Origin: an uncultured Gammaproteobacteria bacterium
GTDB lineage: Bacteria > Patescibacteriota > Microgenomatia > JALYQM01
DNA: 64,000 nucleotides
Assembly: GCA_964403585.1 (NCBI GenBank)
Contig: CAYOFQ010000001.1
Coordinates: forward strand, 443,364-507,363
Direction of reading: 5' to 3'
The notes under the pieces were generated by a model that was not told the DNA's origin, ran no database searches, and saw only the letters and a list, made by a program, of their open reading frames with translations. Numbering within the stretch: position 1 is the stretch's first letter; every line of letters starts with the position of its first letter. The position numbers were made by a program, and so were the translations under genes. Below, in pieces: positions 37,360 to 48,052 of this stretch.

Positions 37360-39831
37360 ATGTATAATGCAGTTCACATGAGACGTGGCGAAGAAATTTT
37401 TGATCCAGGGCGACTTGAAATAAACCGGCAGCTGGCAATAAGTAGATTACTCCGTGCCTTAGATACCCCACATGAACGAGCATTGCGCGAACACCAACAT
37501 ACCATGCTGGAAAAACTCCACGCCTTCTTTTCTGGATCAACAGATGGCGAACCGAATACCTCGGGGTATATAAGCGCAGCTATGGGCGTCGGTAAATCTG
37601 CAGTTATGGTAACCGTTGCCGAAATTCTCGGCATGCGTACTGTTGTGCTTTCTAATAATCGAAGAGTATCAGACCAAAATAGAGCAGCCGCAGAATTCTT
37701 CACTCCTAAAATGCGAGTTAGTTCATTCGATGGACGTAAACAAGATCTGAGCGGCCAAACAATATTTTCCATTTATCCGTCAATGCTTAGTGAACTTAAG
37801 AGGAAGAGAGTAAACGGTATACGGTCACCATTTGAAGACATGGAGTTGGTGATAAGTGACGAAGTGGATACAGGACAAGGTGAAGAAACCTTCCAGATAT
37901 TCCGTGAGCTATTCCCAAATGCGTTATTTATCGGTTGTACGGCAACTCCATTCTTTGAACAAATTGAATACTATATAAGAAAAGGACTCATTAACCCAAA
38001 AGAGCGATGGGTAGGAATGTTCCGTAATGAAATCCACGAGCTTACTTTAGAAGAAGCCTGGCTACGCGAGATTCTTGCTCCGGTTGAAATTCACTTGCTG
38101 CGTACCTATACCGAAATCCCAGAGTTGGATGTATTAGGCAATGGAGAATATTCCCAACCACAGCTCGAGCTTTCTGTCGATACAACTTCACGTAACGCGA
38201 GACTAGACGCTATTATGTTAGGAATCTCTGCAATTCCTGATACTGTAAATGTTGGCCCATTAGCATTAAAAGAGCTGCGAGAATTGCATCAACGTGTGGA
38301 TGGAGAACCGACTTTGATTCATTCGGTATCGATTGGACATGCTGAAAGAGTCGCCCGACGATTACGACAAGCTGGACTGCGAGTTGGCACGATCCACAGT
38401 AAGATTACTGATGATGCAGATAGACCAATCCGAGACGAGGATAGAAACGAAGTTATTGACGAACGAATCGCCAATTTCGAAGCAGGGAAAATTCAGGTGC
38501 TCACTGGCGTTAACATGTTAGGGCGAGGCATTGATGTTCCGTCAGCTCGCGTAGCTATTCATACCAAGCCAAGATTGTCCGCGCGGGCTTTGATTCAGGA
38601 ATTTGGTCGAATCACCAGACCTTCACCTGAAACAGGAAAATTAATGGGTTTTGCAATCCAATTTGTAGACCAGTGGAGTATGTTAGCGCAATCGGGACTG
38701 TTGATACCTAACGTTATAAAACTGGATTTCATTGAAACTCATAAACAAAGATATTCTTCTCTTCGGAGGAAAGTAGAACCAGGAGAAAAAATACCAGTGG
38801 ATGCGACGAAAAGAAATTATGTCGAAGTAACGGGAGTACATGTCGAATCCTTATTGGGGGAGGTAGAGATTATTGAAACGGTCCGTAATAGATTTTTTAA
38901 TGCCACTCCGGAGGAAATAAATCGTGCGATACACCATATATATACTATCAATGCAGAAAAAGACCCTGATTGTGGCATATATGTCCTTACTAAAAAAGTT
39001 CTCCGCCAACTTCCAAGTAAAATTCCAGTCGAAGTCACCGATCGACTATTGAAAGTTATCAAGGACAATCGTGAAACATTACGAACTATGGATGGTGATA
39101 CTGACCTTAGCGGTCGTTCAAGAGCACAAATCCAAGGCGAAATAGATGAAGCCACTCGCGCAGTTATTGGGGTTAACTTACGAGCAGTTATGACCGTTGC
39201 TGATTACTTTGAGGAACTGCCTGCCGAAGACTATGATGATATTTTTATGACTGCCCTGAGTGCTATGGATGGTGTGATTAAAGGGAGTTACTCAAGCATT
39301 AGCAGCACAATAAACGGTCAAGCCAAAGAGCGAGTTCGTGAATACCTTGCCATGAAGGAAAACGTCCCGGAGTTTGTTGTCGAATATGCTAAGTTTCGGC
39401 TCATAATTGAAGAAGTCGGTAAGTTAGTTGAGGATGACACCTTAGAAGGAGAACGCCTCGACCGACGTAAAATTGAAATTGTTATGAAAACTGGTATTAG
39501 TCTTGATCATCTTGAAGATTATATTTCGTACCTCGTCAAAATGCAGTTTGCAATAACAAAATCGTATCAACAGGAGGGGAACGAAGGAGAGGAAGTCCGT
39601 AACGAATTAATACGTGCAGATATTGATTGGGCCCTCTCTAAATGTACTGAAACCGAACAAAAAGTGTTGAAGTTACGATTCGGACTTGATGATGGGCACC
39701 AACGAACACTAGAAGAAGTTGGGAAAGAATTTGGTGTTACCCGCGAGCGTATTCGCCAAATTGAAGTGAAGGTGTTACGTAAGCTCAGACATCCACAATT
39801 CAAACGTCGATTACACCCGCATATTGAATAA
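37360..39831 (+). CDS. SF2 helicase fused to sigma-70-family C-terminal module (degenerate region 2, region 3-like, canonical region 4.2)
   Basis: Helicase motifs [38 protein letters not shown]; C-terminus …[46 protein letters not shown] is near-identical in pattern to RpoD region 4.2; upstream [12 protein letters not shown]…[19 protein letters not shown] aligns by eye to regions 2.1-2.2 without the conserved Y/WW. Confidence 0.7.
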   Translation: MYNAVHMRRGEEIFDPGRLEINRQLAISRLLRALDTPHERALREHQHTMLEKLHAFFSGSTDGEPNTSGYISAAMGVGKSAVMVTVAEILGMRTVVLSNNRRVSDQNRAAAEFFTPKMRVSSFDGRKQDLSGQTIFSIYPSMLSELKRKRVNGIRSPFEDMELVISDEVDTGQGEETFQIFRELFPNALFIGCTATPFFEQIEYYIRKGLINPKERWVGMFRNEIHELTLEEAWLREILAPVEIHLLRTYTEIPELDVLGNGEYSQPQLELSVDTTSRNARLDAIMLGISAIPDTVNVGPLALKELRELHQRVDGEPTLIHSVSIGHAERVARRLRQAGLRVGTIHSKITDDADRPIRDEDRNEVIDERIANFEAGKIQVLTGVNMLGRGIDVPSARVAIHTKPRLSARALIQEFGRITRPSPETGKLMGFAIQFVDQWSMLAQSGLLIPNVIKLDFIETHKQRYSSLRRKVEPGEKIPVDATKRNYVEVTGVHVESLLGEVEIIETVRNRFFNATPEEINRAIHHIYTINAEKDPDCGIYVLTKKVLRQLPSKIPVEVTDRLLKVIKDNRETLRTMDGDTDLSGRSRAQIQGEIDEATRAVIGVNLRAVMTVADYFEELPAEDYDDIFMTALSAMDGVIKGSYSSISSTINGQAKERVREYLAMKENVPEFVVEYAKFRLIIEEVGKLVEDDTLEGERLDRRKIEIVMKTGISLDHLEDYISYLVKMQFAITKSYQQEGNEGEEVRNELIRADIDWALSKCTETEQKVLKLRFGLDDGHQRTLEEVGKEFGVTRERIRQIEVKVLRKLRHPQFKRRLHPHIE

Positions 39832-39914
39832 GGCGTGTGATTTATGTCACCGTAAATAGCGCTCTTAAGTTGCAGAATAGTGTATACTACTAAGTATTAG
39901 CATTACCTATTCTT

Positions 39915-40721
39915 ATGAATTTCCCACCATATTCACAGTTACTAGATATGTCAGGCAAGACAGCCATTGTTACCGGAGCAGTTGGCATTGGTTTTGGTAT
40001 TGCCTATCGGCTGGCCGAAGCCGGAGCCAATGTGATGGTCGCCAGTTATATCGAATCCGAAGTAAATGAAACGGTAGCTCAGTTATCCGGTAAAGGATGG
40101 AAGGTGAGCGGCGTCGTCGTGGATGTATCCCGCGAAGACGAGGTGAAGAAAATGGTCGAAAAAACCAAAGAACTATTTGAGGGCGTCGATATTCTCGTTA
40201 ACAACGCGGGAATCTATCCGTCGATCCCTGTCTCACAGATGCGCCTCGAGGATTTTGAAAAAGTAATTTCAGTAAATTTAAAAGGTGTTTTCCTGACGAC
40301 AAAATATGTTTGCGAGCAGATGATTGCACAGGGCCGCGGAGGGAAGATAATCAACATTACTTCAATCGATGCCCTGCATCCTTCATCCGTTGGGCTGGCG
40401 CATTATGATGCATCCAAACATGGAGTGTGGGGATTTACTAAAAACGTGGCGTTAGAATTGGCTCAGCATAAAATTTGGGTAAATGCGATCGCCCCGGGCG
40501 GTGTAATTACGCCCGGAGTACAAAAATTACAACAGGATATGCCGGTTGACCCAGCGATTGACCACCAAAAAGTTATGGAGGCATTTATGCAAAAAATTCC
40601 GATGCATCGTATGGGAGAACCGGATGATATAGGTAAAGTTGCGTTATTCCTGGCCTCGGAAATGGCATCGTATATCACAGGAACTCAAATTGTCGTAGAC
40701 GGTGGAGTTCTACTCTCATAA
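39915..40721 (+). CDS. SDR-family oxidoreductase (FabG-like)
   Basis: TGAVGIGFGIA Rossmann motif, NNAG, YDASKHG (YxxxK) catalytic motif. Confidence 0.8.
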   Translation: MNFPPYSQLLDMSGKTAIVTGAVGIGFGIAYRLAEAGANVMVASYIESEVNETVAQLSGKGWKVSGVVVDVSREDEVKKMVEKTKELFEGVDILVNNAGIYPSIPVSQMRLEDFEKVISVNLKGVFLTTKYVCEQMIAQGRGGKIINITSIDALHPSSVGLAHYDASKHGVWGFTKNVALELAQHKIWVNAIAPGGVITPGVQKLQQDMPVDPAIDHQKVMEAFMQKIPMHRMGEPDDIGKVALFLASEMASYITGTQIVVDGGVLLS

Positions 40722-41683
40722 CCAAATCGAATCAGCATTTGGGGGACATATTCTGATTCAGTGATATCCTGGATTTTTGCCCGGAAATAAGGAACTTCTA
40801 TCCCGGAAGTCATCGGATGGAAAGCAATTCCCATTGAAACAGCAGCCAGGCAGATAACTTGAAATGCCACGCCAACTGAGATCCAGTCGCTCGGTGTGTC
40901 ATCCCGGGAGGAAAGTACTCCTATTAACGGCGACTTTTGTATCAGCATGCGATCGAGATACGCTTTATCCTCACCAAAGTTATATGACTTGAATAACGAG
41001 TAAAATAGTGCGGATATAGGCGAAATATTGAGATCTGAAATCAGAAGTCCGGCAGCATCCGGATCGGTCTTTATCCATGAAGAGAGCTCTCTTCTAAAAG
41101 CGTTACTGCCAAATTGCTCTTCTTCTGATTCGAAAGTAATTTGTGAAAGATAGTCTCTGGTGTATTCATCATCAGTCAGATAGAGGGAGATATCTTCAAT
41201 CCAGCGCACAGAATTACCAAGATCTTGCATATCTTCAGAATGTATTTTGTCGGCAGGAAATTCCTGCCGGTTCACATGTCTTTTCCAGATGCTATGAAAA
41301 AGTGCGCCCGGATAGACATATTTAGGTTCGCGGTATAAACTGAAGTCAATTGTACACAGTAAACCGTGTAATGGCTCATTAGTGAAGATACAGGTCGAAT
41401 AATATAGTCCATAGTATTCTGCCGCAATCTCCAGATTAGCTAAGACACAGCCAATGCTAATGTACATTTCCCGGTTATAGGGATCGATATGGTCAAGCCG
41501 GCGTGAGAAGTCTAAATATATCCGGATTTGACTGTCCGTTACTTTGAATTTCCACGGACGGGTATTTAATCGGGAAGGAGCCAGCTCGGCAAATTTGAGT
41601 AAAAACTGTAATTTTTCCTGTAGTGTTTTACACTCAAAATAATGCCGATGATCCACTAAATGGGATGTGGAGGGTTTGTGCAT
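40685..41683 (-). CDS. Nitroreductase-family protein (Acg-like two-domain form)
   Basis: APSRLNTRPWKF (PSxxNxQPW nitroreductase motif); 332 aa double-lobed length. Confidence 0.5.
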   Translation of the reverse strand: MHKPSTSHLVDHRHYFECKTLQEKLQFLLKFAELAPSRLNTRPWKFKVTDSQIRIYLDFSRRLDHIDPYNREMYISIGCVLANLEIAAEYYGLYYSTCIFTNEPLHGLLCTIDFSLYREPKYVYPGALFHSIWKRHVNRQEFPADKIHSEDMQDLGNSVRWIEDISLYLTDDEYTRDYLSQITFESEEEQFGSNAFRRELSSWIKTDPDAAGLLISDLNISPISALFYSLFKSYNFGEDKAYLDRMLIQKSPLIGVLSSRDDTPSDWISVGVAFQVICLAAVSMGIAFHPMTSGIEVPYFRAKIQDITESEYVPQMLIRFGYESRTPPSTTI

Positions 41684-41747
41684 ATGTCCTCCTTTTGCCC
41701 GGCTGGTATAATTGACTTAATTTTATAGGATAAATTACGAATATGCA

Positions 41748-42428
41748 GTGATAGCAATCACGAAAATATATATGACTGATATAACGATTCAAAACAAGAC
41801 AGAGACATTCTTCGCCAATTATAAGCAATTCCAATACAAAAAAGGTGAGCTGCTGATTACCCCCGAGAAAGGTAATATCAATGCTTTTTATCTTAAAACC
41901 GGGTCGGTAAAAATGTATGCACTATCCGAAGAAGGTGAAGAGCTCATTTTACAGGTTTTCCGTCCGGGAGCATTTTTCCCGTTTATGATTTTTATGGCCG
42001 ATGTCAAAAATTCATATTACTTTCAAACTATGGAAAGTACGGAAGTATATGTTGCTCCGTTACCGCAAGTACTGGAGTTTGTCAAAAATGAGCCTGAAAT
42101 TCTCTATGATCTGGCAAACAGGTTTGCTCATGCCATAGTCGGGTTAACCACCCGTCTGGAAGGAATGGTTTTCCAGGGTGCATATCACAAAATCATATCA
42201 CTGTTCCTGTACCTGGTGGATAAGTTTGGCAAAGAAGAAAGCGGCGGCCGAACCATACCCTTACTGCTCAATCATCAGGATATTGCATCCTGGGTTGGAA
42301 TCCGTCGCGAAACAGCCAGCAGGCAACTTGAGATACTCAAAAAAACCGGATTAGTGATTGTCAAAGATCAGTATTATTATGTTCCTGAACCGGAGAAGCT
42401 CCGGCAAGAGCTGGGTCGGGAAGTTTAG
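41748..42428 (+). CDS. Crp/Fnr-family transcriptional regulator
   Basis: N-terminal cNMP-binding beta-roll, C-terminal HTH …HQDIASWVGIRRETASRQLEILKKTGLV…. Confidence 0.75.
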   Translation: MIAITKIYMTDITIQNKTETFFANYKQFQYKKGELLITPEKGNINAFYLKTGSVKMYALSEEGEELILQVFRPGAFFPFMIFMADVKNSYYFQTMESTEVYVAPLPQVLEFVKNEPEILYDLANRFAHAIVGLTTRLEGMVFQGAYHKIISLFLYLVDKFGKEESGGRTIPLLLNHQDIASWVGIRRETASRQLEILKKTGLVIVKDQYYYVPEPEKLRQELGREV

Positions 42429-42479
42429 TCAGTGATATGGATCACTGTTATGGAGTAGTAATAAGACTAAAATTTTACC

Positions 42480-43499
42480 ATGCCTTTAATGACAGCAGTC
42501 ATGAAAACTGCCCCCACCCCCGGTGTCACCATCAGTAAAATCCCTGTTCCCGAACCCGAAACTGACGAAATACTGGTTGAAGTAGTTTGCAGCTCCCTCT
42601 GTGGCACGGATGTCGGAATATATGATTGGATGCCCTGGGCTCAGTCGCATATTATCCCGCCTATAGTTATCGGACATGAAGTCGTCGGCAGGGTTGTTTC
42701 GGTTAACAGCGAACAACCGCATCAATTTAAACCGGGAGACTATATTTCTTCCGAGACGCATATTTATTGCGGAAAATGTACTGAATGCCGCAACGGACAG
42801 CAGCATATTTGTGCGAATTTACAATTATTTGGTATCGGCCGCAACGGCGGATTCGCTGATTTCGCAACCATTCCGCTCCGAACCGCCTGGAAAAATTCCT
42901 CTTCACTGCCAGCTGAATTAATGAGTATTCAGGAACCACTTGGTAATGCTGTACATGTCTTAACCAAAGCCGAAATCTCGGGTAAACGGGTTTTGGTACT
43001 CGGGCTTGGTCCGGTTGGACTCTGTGCTAGTGCGATTGCGCATCTGTATGGAGCTAAACAAGTGGTAGCAATTGAAAAATCCGAGTACCGTAGAAATCTT
43101 GCTCAACAGCTGGGGATCAGAAAAATCTTCAGTGATTATCGTCCGGAATTTACCAACGAGTTTGATGTCGTACTCGAAATGAGCGGGAATCAGTCGATGA
43201 TTACGCATGGATTTGAAGCTCTCTCACCGGGAGGAACTTTTATCGCATTTGGCATTCCGAAAGAAAAGGTGTATCTTGAGTGGGGTGAGGCTCTGATCAA
43301 TAAAGAAACAACCATTAAGTCGGTTTTTGGTCGAAAAATTTGGGATACCTGGCACGAAGTACAAAAAATTCTGCTCAACCCGAACGTTGATCTGCAGCCA
43401 TTAATTACCCACAGCTACAGTCTGAATGAATTTGAAGACGCAGTGCAGAAAATGAAAAGCGGGGAGTGTGGAAAGATTATTTTATATCCGGAGAAATAA
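42480..43499 (+). CDS. tdh: L-threonine 3-dehydrogenase (Zn-dependent MDR)
   Basis: CGTDVGIYDWMPWAQSHIIPPIVIGHEVVGRV matches the TDH N-terminus; GLGPVGL NAD motif; followed by kbl. Confidence 0.8.
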   Translation: MPLMTAVMKTAPTPGVTISKIPVPEPETDEILVEVVCSSLCGTDVGIYDWMPWAQSHIIPPIVIGHEVVGRVVSVNSEQPHQFKPGDYISSETHIYCGKCTECRNGQQHICANLQLFGIGRNGGFADFATIPLRTAWKNSSSLPAELMSIQEPLGNAVHVLTKAEISGKRVLVLGLGPVGLCASAIAHLYGAKQVVAIEKSEYRRNLAQQLGIRKIFSDYRPEFTNEFDVVLEMSGNQSMITHGFEALSPGGTFIAFGIPKEKVYLEWGEALINKETTIKSVFGRKIWDTWHEVQKILLNPNVDLQPLITHSYSLNEFEDAVQKMKSGECGKIILYPEK

Positions 43500-43500
43500 C

Positions 43501-44640
43501 ATGGCTTTTATTTTAGACTCAGAACAGGGCGCATACGTCGTTATTGATGGCAAAAAATATCTCAATCTCTGCTCAAATAATTATCTTGGACTCGCTAGCG
43601 ATCCGCGGATAAAACAGGCGGCGATCAAAGCCATAGAGAAATATGGTGTCGGCACAACGTCGGTCCGTTCATTGATTGGCACACATCAGTTGCATCTCGA
43701 CCTTGAAGCCAAGCTGGCACAATTCAAGAAAGCCGAAGATTCGTTAGTGCTAACCGGAGGGTACATTACCAATTTGGCAGTGATGCAAACACTCCTTGGT
43801 AAAGAGGACATTGTCATCTCTGATGAATACAACCATGCGTCAATAATTGATGCCATCCGGCTTTCCCAGGTAGGTAATAAATTTATTTACAAGCACAACG
43901 ATATTGCGAACCTGCGTTCCCTACTACCAAAGATCAAAGAAATCAGTTCGACAAAAAAAACTGATGGTCAGGATCGTGTCATCGTTCTGGTGAGCGACGG
44001 CGTATTTTCGATGGACGGCGATCTGGCAAAATTACCTGAACTGGTCACCATAGCCAAAGAACTGGGCGCCATATTGGTGATAGATGATGCGCATGGAGAA
44101 GGAGTACTCGGTGATCACGGCCGCGGAATCGTTGACCATTTTGGCCTGCATGGCGAGGTAGATATCGAAGTAGGAACGCTTTCTAAAGCCTTTGGGGTTA
44201 TGGGCGGTTTTATTGCCGGTAAAAAGGAGCTCATTACACGCTTCCGGACTAAAGCCCGGCAATTTATGTTTACCAACGCCTTATCAATCCCGGACACTGC
44301 TGCATTGCTCGAATCCGTGATTGTACAGGAGGAATCAGATGAGCGGTTACAAAAATTATGGGAAAATGCCCGTCGATTGAAACAGGGGCTCAAAGACCGT
44401 GAGATAGATATCGGTCACTCCGAAACACCAATTACTCCGGTGATGATCGGCGATGAAGACAAAGCCAAAGATTTTTCTCAGGACTTATTTGCTAAAGGTA
44501 TTTTGGCCACGGCGATCGTTTTCCCGATGGTCGAGAAAGCTAAAGCCCGTCTCCGTTTAATTCCATCTAGTCTCCATTCGGTCGAAGATATCGATACGGC
44601 AGTCGAAGCGATAGGAGAATTATGGCAAACAAGATTGTAA
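43501..44640 (+). CDS. kbl: 2-amino-3-ketobutyrate CoA ligase (glycine C-acetyltransferase)
   Basis: PLP-dependent AOS family; GTLSKAFGVMGGFIAG Lys motif; conserved tdh-kbl pairing. Confidence 0.8.
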   Translation: MAFILDSEQGAYVVIDGKKYLNLCSNNYLGLASDPRIKQAAIKAIEKYGVGTTSVRSLIGTHQLHLDLEAKLAQFKKAEDSLVLTGGYITNLAVMQTLLGKEDIVISDEYNHASIIDAIRLSQVGNKFIYKHNDIANLRSLLPKIKEISSTKKTDGQDRVIVLVSDGVFSMDGDLAKLPELVTIAKELGAILVIDDAHGEGVLGDHGRGIVDHFGLHGEVDIEVGTLSKAFGVMGGFIAGKKELITRFRTKARQFMFTNALSIPDTAALLESVIVQEESDERLQKLWENARRLKQGLKDREIDIGHSETPITPVMIGDEDKAKDFSQDLFAKGILATAIVFPMVEKAKARLRLIPSSLHSVEDIDTAVEAIGELWQTRL

Positions 44641-45749
44641 TTTCAGTTACATCAACTATATACGGTTCGGTTATGAAGCCGCTGCTTTTTCGGATTGATC
44701 CCGAAAAAGTGCACGAACATATGACCGGGTTCGGTGAACTCCTGGGCGAGTCATCTTTTGCTAAAAAAAGTTTCTCGACACTTTTTCGAAAGGAGTATCC
44801 CCGTCTAAAACAAGCCGTTGATGGTATTGAATTTACCAGTCCAATCGGGCTTTCCGCCGGTTTTGATTACGACGCCCGGCTGACCCAGATCACCGATGCC
44901 ATTGGATTTGGATTCCATACCGTCGGGACAATTACGCGGCATCCATATCAGGGAAATACCCGACCAATTCTGGGACGATTGCCAAAGTCCCGTTCTTTAA
45001 TGGTCAATAAGGGATTTAAAAATAGTGGAATTGAGAATATTGTCCGGAAGTTAAGTTCAAAGAAATTTGGTCTCCCAATCGGCTTGAGCATTGGTCGAAC
45101 CAACTCAACACAATTGACCACGCATGAAGAATGCATGAGCGATATTATCTCTTCATTTGTTATTGCCGAAGGTTCGGAAGTGCCGCACGCGTATTATGAA
45201 TTGAATATTAGTTGTCCTAATTTACTTACTCCAATCTCTTTTTATGAGCCAAAACCGCTGAATGAGTTATTACAACACGTGGACGTACTTCAATTGAGCC
45301 GCCCGTTATATATTAAGATGCCCATCGAGTGTTCCGACGATGTTACCATGGCCATGCTTAAGGTGATTGCACAACACCGGGTTCAGGGGGTAATATTCGG
45401 CAATCTGCAAAAAAACCGCCGGGACTCCGGACTTAACCAACAGGAAGTAGCCCAGTTTACCGCCGGTAACTTTAGCGGCAAGCCAACGGAAAAACGTTCG
45501 AACGAATTAATTGCCCTTACTTTCAGGAATTTCCCAGCCAGGTTTACTATTATTGGCACAGGTGGTGTTTTTTCAGCCGAAGATGCGTACCGGAAAATTA
45601 AATTGGGAGCTTCTTTGGTACAATTAATTACGGGAATGATTTATAAAGGCCCGCAGTTAATTGCTCAGATCAACGAAGGCCTGGACCGGTTATTACAAAA
45701 AGATCAGTATGATCATATCAGTCAGGCAATAGGAGTAGACACTAAATAA
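44622..45749 (+). CDS. pyrD: Dihydroorotate dehydrogenase (quinone), class 2
   Basis: …LFRIDPEKVHE… N-terminal extension, GFGFHTVGTITRHPYQGNTRPILGRLP, MVNKGFKNSGIE, C-terminal GASLVQLITGMIYKGP; true start probably MKPLLF (~44673). Confidence 0.8.
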   Translation: MANKIVISVTSTIYGSVMKPLLFRIDPEKVHEHMTGFGELLGESSFAKKSFSTLFRKEYPRLKQAVDGIEFTSPIGLSAGFDYDARLTQITDAIGFGFHTVGTITRHPYQGNTRPILGRLPKSRSLMVNKGFKNSGIENIVRKLSSKKFGLPIGLSIGRTNSTQLTTHEECMSDIISSFVIAEGSEVPHAYYELNISCPNLLTPISFYEPKPLNELLQHVDVLQLSRPLYIKMPIECSDDVTMAMLKVIAQHRVQGVIFGNLQKNRRDSGLNQQEVAQFTAGNFSGKPTEKRSNELIALTFRNFPARFTIIGTGGVFSAEDAYRKIKLGASLVQLITGMIYKGPQLIAQINEGLDRLLQKDQYDHISQAIGVDTK

Positions 45750-46219
45750 TGACCGAATCTTTAGCATACAAACTGTCGTTGTTTTTCTCTCTGGTAGGTC
45801 TTGGGGTTGCCGGATACTTATTGTATGTGTATACCTTCGGACTACCACTTCCCTGCAGCAGCTCGGGATGCGAGGTTGTGCGCTTTAGTAAATATTCGAA
45901 AATATTCGGAGTTACGGTTCCACTATACGGCGTTATGTTTTATCTTGGCATACTTGGTATAAGTGGTCTGGCCTTAGTAAAGAAGCCGTACGCCAAACCA
46001 TTATTGCTGCTCGGTACTACAACCGGATTCCTGTTTTCACTCTACTTTACCGGCCTGGAATTATTTGTAATCAAGGCCATCTGCAACTGGTGTGTTGTTT
46101 CAGCAATAATTTCGACCATTTTATACGGCATAGCACTTTCCCTGCTAGACTGGAAACAGGGCTTGTTCTCTAATTATAAGAATGCAGTGAGCTCAATCCT
46201 GGCGACACGAAAATTCTAG
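45749..46219 (+). CDS. Vitamin K epoxide reductase (VKOR) family protein
   Basis: Loop Cys pair CSSSGCEV and active-site CNWC in the last TM helix. Confidence 0.7.
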   Translation: MTESLAYKLSLFFSLVGLGVAGYLLYVYTFGLPLPCSSSGCEVVRFSKYSKIFGVTVPLYGVMFYLGILGISGLALVKKPYAKPLLLLGTTTGFLFSLYFTGLELFVIKAICNWCVVSAIISTILYGIALSLLDWKQGLFSNYKNAVSSILATRKF

Positions 46220-46257
46220 CTTGCATTCATCACCCGATACTTTAAAATCAGGATACT

Positions 46258-47325
46258 ATGCTAAAAGACCGTCGGATTCTGTTTCTTCTAATTATATTGA
46301 CCGTAATTGCCGGAGCACTTGGGTATCTGCGGTTCTTTTCCTCGGCTCGGGAAGACTCCTTCCAACAGGTAAACTTTCAAAAAGCCTCACTAACATATCC
46401 AAAAAATCTTTTTCCGAAGTCAGCTCAAGTAAGCCTTAGCTTGGGATTGGATTATAATCATGCTCCCGCTGGATATGAACCCTATAAAGACTACCTTTTG
46501 CGCATAAGCCAGCCGGAGCTCAATCGAGGGGACTCGCGACCGTTAGGCTTGAAACTTGATATTAACTATTCCGACGTTGATTTAACAACCTGTGAAATCT
46601 CCGACCGTGAATTTAAAATTTTTCAATACACCACCGACGGCAAAAGTGTTGAACTTCCTACTACCATAAACCACGAAAGTCGAGTCGCTACTGCCACCAT
46701 TAATGCGCTACCTTTTGAAGAAGCTAATCCCAACGCCGACCGATTTGATCGTTCCGCTTATTTTACCCTCGCCAACAAGCAAAACCGCTTTATTACCGGA
46801 GGGTGCGGAGACACAGCTACCATATATTTGAATAACGGTAAAATCTATCAGGCGAATGCGGGTTTTGCGCTTAAATATGACTCCAAAGAAAATGTCTATG
46901 CAACTAATATGCGTGGTTTTGAAAACATCGGACTGCAATATCCGTATACTATTCAAGGTAAACCCTATGAGCTGCTTGCCGACACCTATTCGTCAATCAC
47001 ACCATTTTCACAAGTGGAAGATTTAATGTACAGCGATGGAATTTTGGAAGTTAAAAAAGTAATCGTTAAAGACGGAGAAAAAGTAACCGCCCGTGCCGGA
47101 GGTTCTCTGCCGTTTACACTCATTTTGGAACTTGAGGCACCCGAATACAAAGCCATTCGTGCTGTACGCCAGGGACAATTTGCCGAATCGCGCAAAGAAA
47201 CAATTATTTATGCACTCGAAACCCGCTTTGCGACAGATACAGATAGTAAAAGTTATGATGAAATAAAGAAATATCTCACTGATCAGATCACGACCATGGA
47301 ATTGTTGCAGCCAAAAGCATTTTAA
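46258..47325 (+). CDS. Hypothetical TM-anchored extracytoplasmic protein
   Basis: N-terminal TM, 355 aa, no recognised family. Confidence 0.4.
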   Translation: MLKDRRILFLLIILTVIAGALGYLRFFSSAREDSFQQVNFQKASLTYPKNLFPKSAQVSLSLGLDYNHAPAGYEPYKDYLLRISQPELNRGDSRPLGLKLDINYSDVDLTTCEISDREFKIFQYTTDGKSVELPTTINHESRVATATINALPFEEANPNADRFDRSAYFTLANKQNRFITGGCGDTATIYLNNGKIYQANAGFALKYDSKENVYATNMRGFENIGLQYPYTIQGKPYELLADTYSSITPFSQVEDLMYSDGILEVKKVIVKDGEKVTARAGGSLPFTLILELEAPEYKAIRAVRQGQFAESRKETIIYALETRFATDTDSKSYDEIKKYLTDQITTMELLQPKAF

Positions 47326-47349
47326 AGTGCTATCATAAATTAAACATTT

Positions 47350-48027
47350 ATGAAAAAACTTGACGGCAATATACTCAACGCTCCTTTTTTTATTCCGTTC
47401 CTGATCGCGTTCATTTTACTGGCCTATCTTGGCTTAACATCCATTAAACTTCCCTCCCGAACGCCCAATCTGCCTGGGTATCCCAAAATACTATTCAATC
47501 AAAAGGCCAAGTTCTTTCAGGACACCAATTATCCCAGCCAGTTTGCCAACGTCTCTCAAAATAGTCTAATTGGATTAAAATGTGCCCCCGCAACAAGTTA
47601 TGATCAGAAAAATCCGGATAAACTGTTTGACGCCGTACTCGCCGGAACGCACCAGGATCAGTATGGTCATGCCATTGATGTCTGGAATGTAACTTCATTC
47701 CAAAAATGTGATGCTGCTAATGGATCCAGAATCGTCTTATTTACCGTATTAGCCGATGATTGGGTCGAGTTTTTTGATGTGGGAATTGTTGCCGACGACA
47801 AAACAATCCGTCCGCTAGTATATATTCGCAATAATAACAATGAGTCCAAATGCTTCAACCCGATGTACTACACAAACGATAAGAAATTGTATTTTCAGTG
47901 TAATCACCATTCACCGGTTGAAGACGGATCTAAGATTTTGGAAGCTAATCTCAGCAGCGGAACTATGAAAGTAGTTTATGCGTGTAGTGATAATGCTAAA
48001 TACGGCGTGAGATGCCCGGAGGAATAA
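47350..48027 (+). CDS. Hypothetical Cys-rich extracytoplasmic protein
   Basis: N-terminal TM/signal; 8 Cys in the exported part. Confidence 0.4.
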   Translation: MKKLDGNILNAPFFIPFLIAFILLAYLGLTSIKLPSRTPNLPGYPKILFNQKAKFFQDTNYPSQFANVSQNSLIGLKCAPATSYDQKNPDKLFDAVLAGTHQDQYGHAIDVWNVTSFQKCDAANGSRIVLFTVLADDWVEFFDVGIVADDKTIRPLVYIRNNNNESKCFNPMYYTNDKKLYFQCNHHSPVEDGSKILEANLSSGTMKVVYACSDNAKYGVRCPEE

Positions 48028-48052
48028 AAATACTTAAATTTTAAGAGACACT

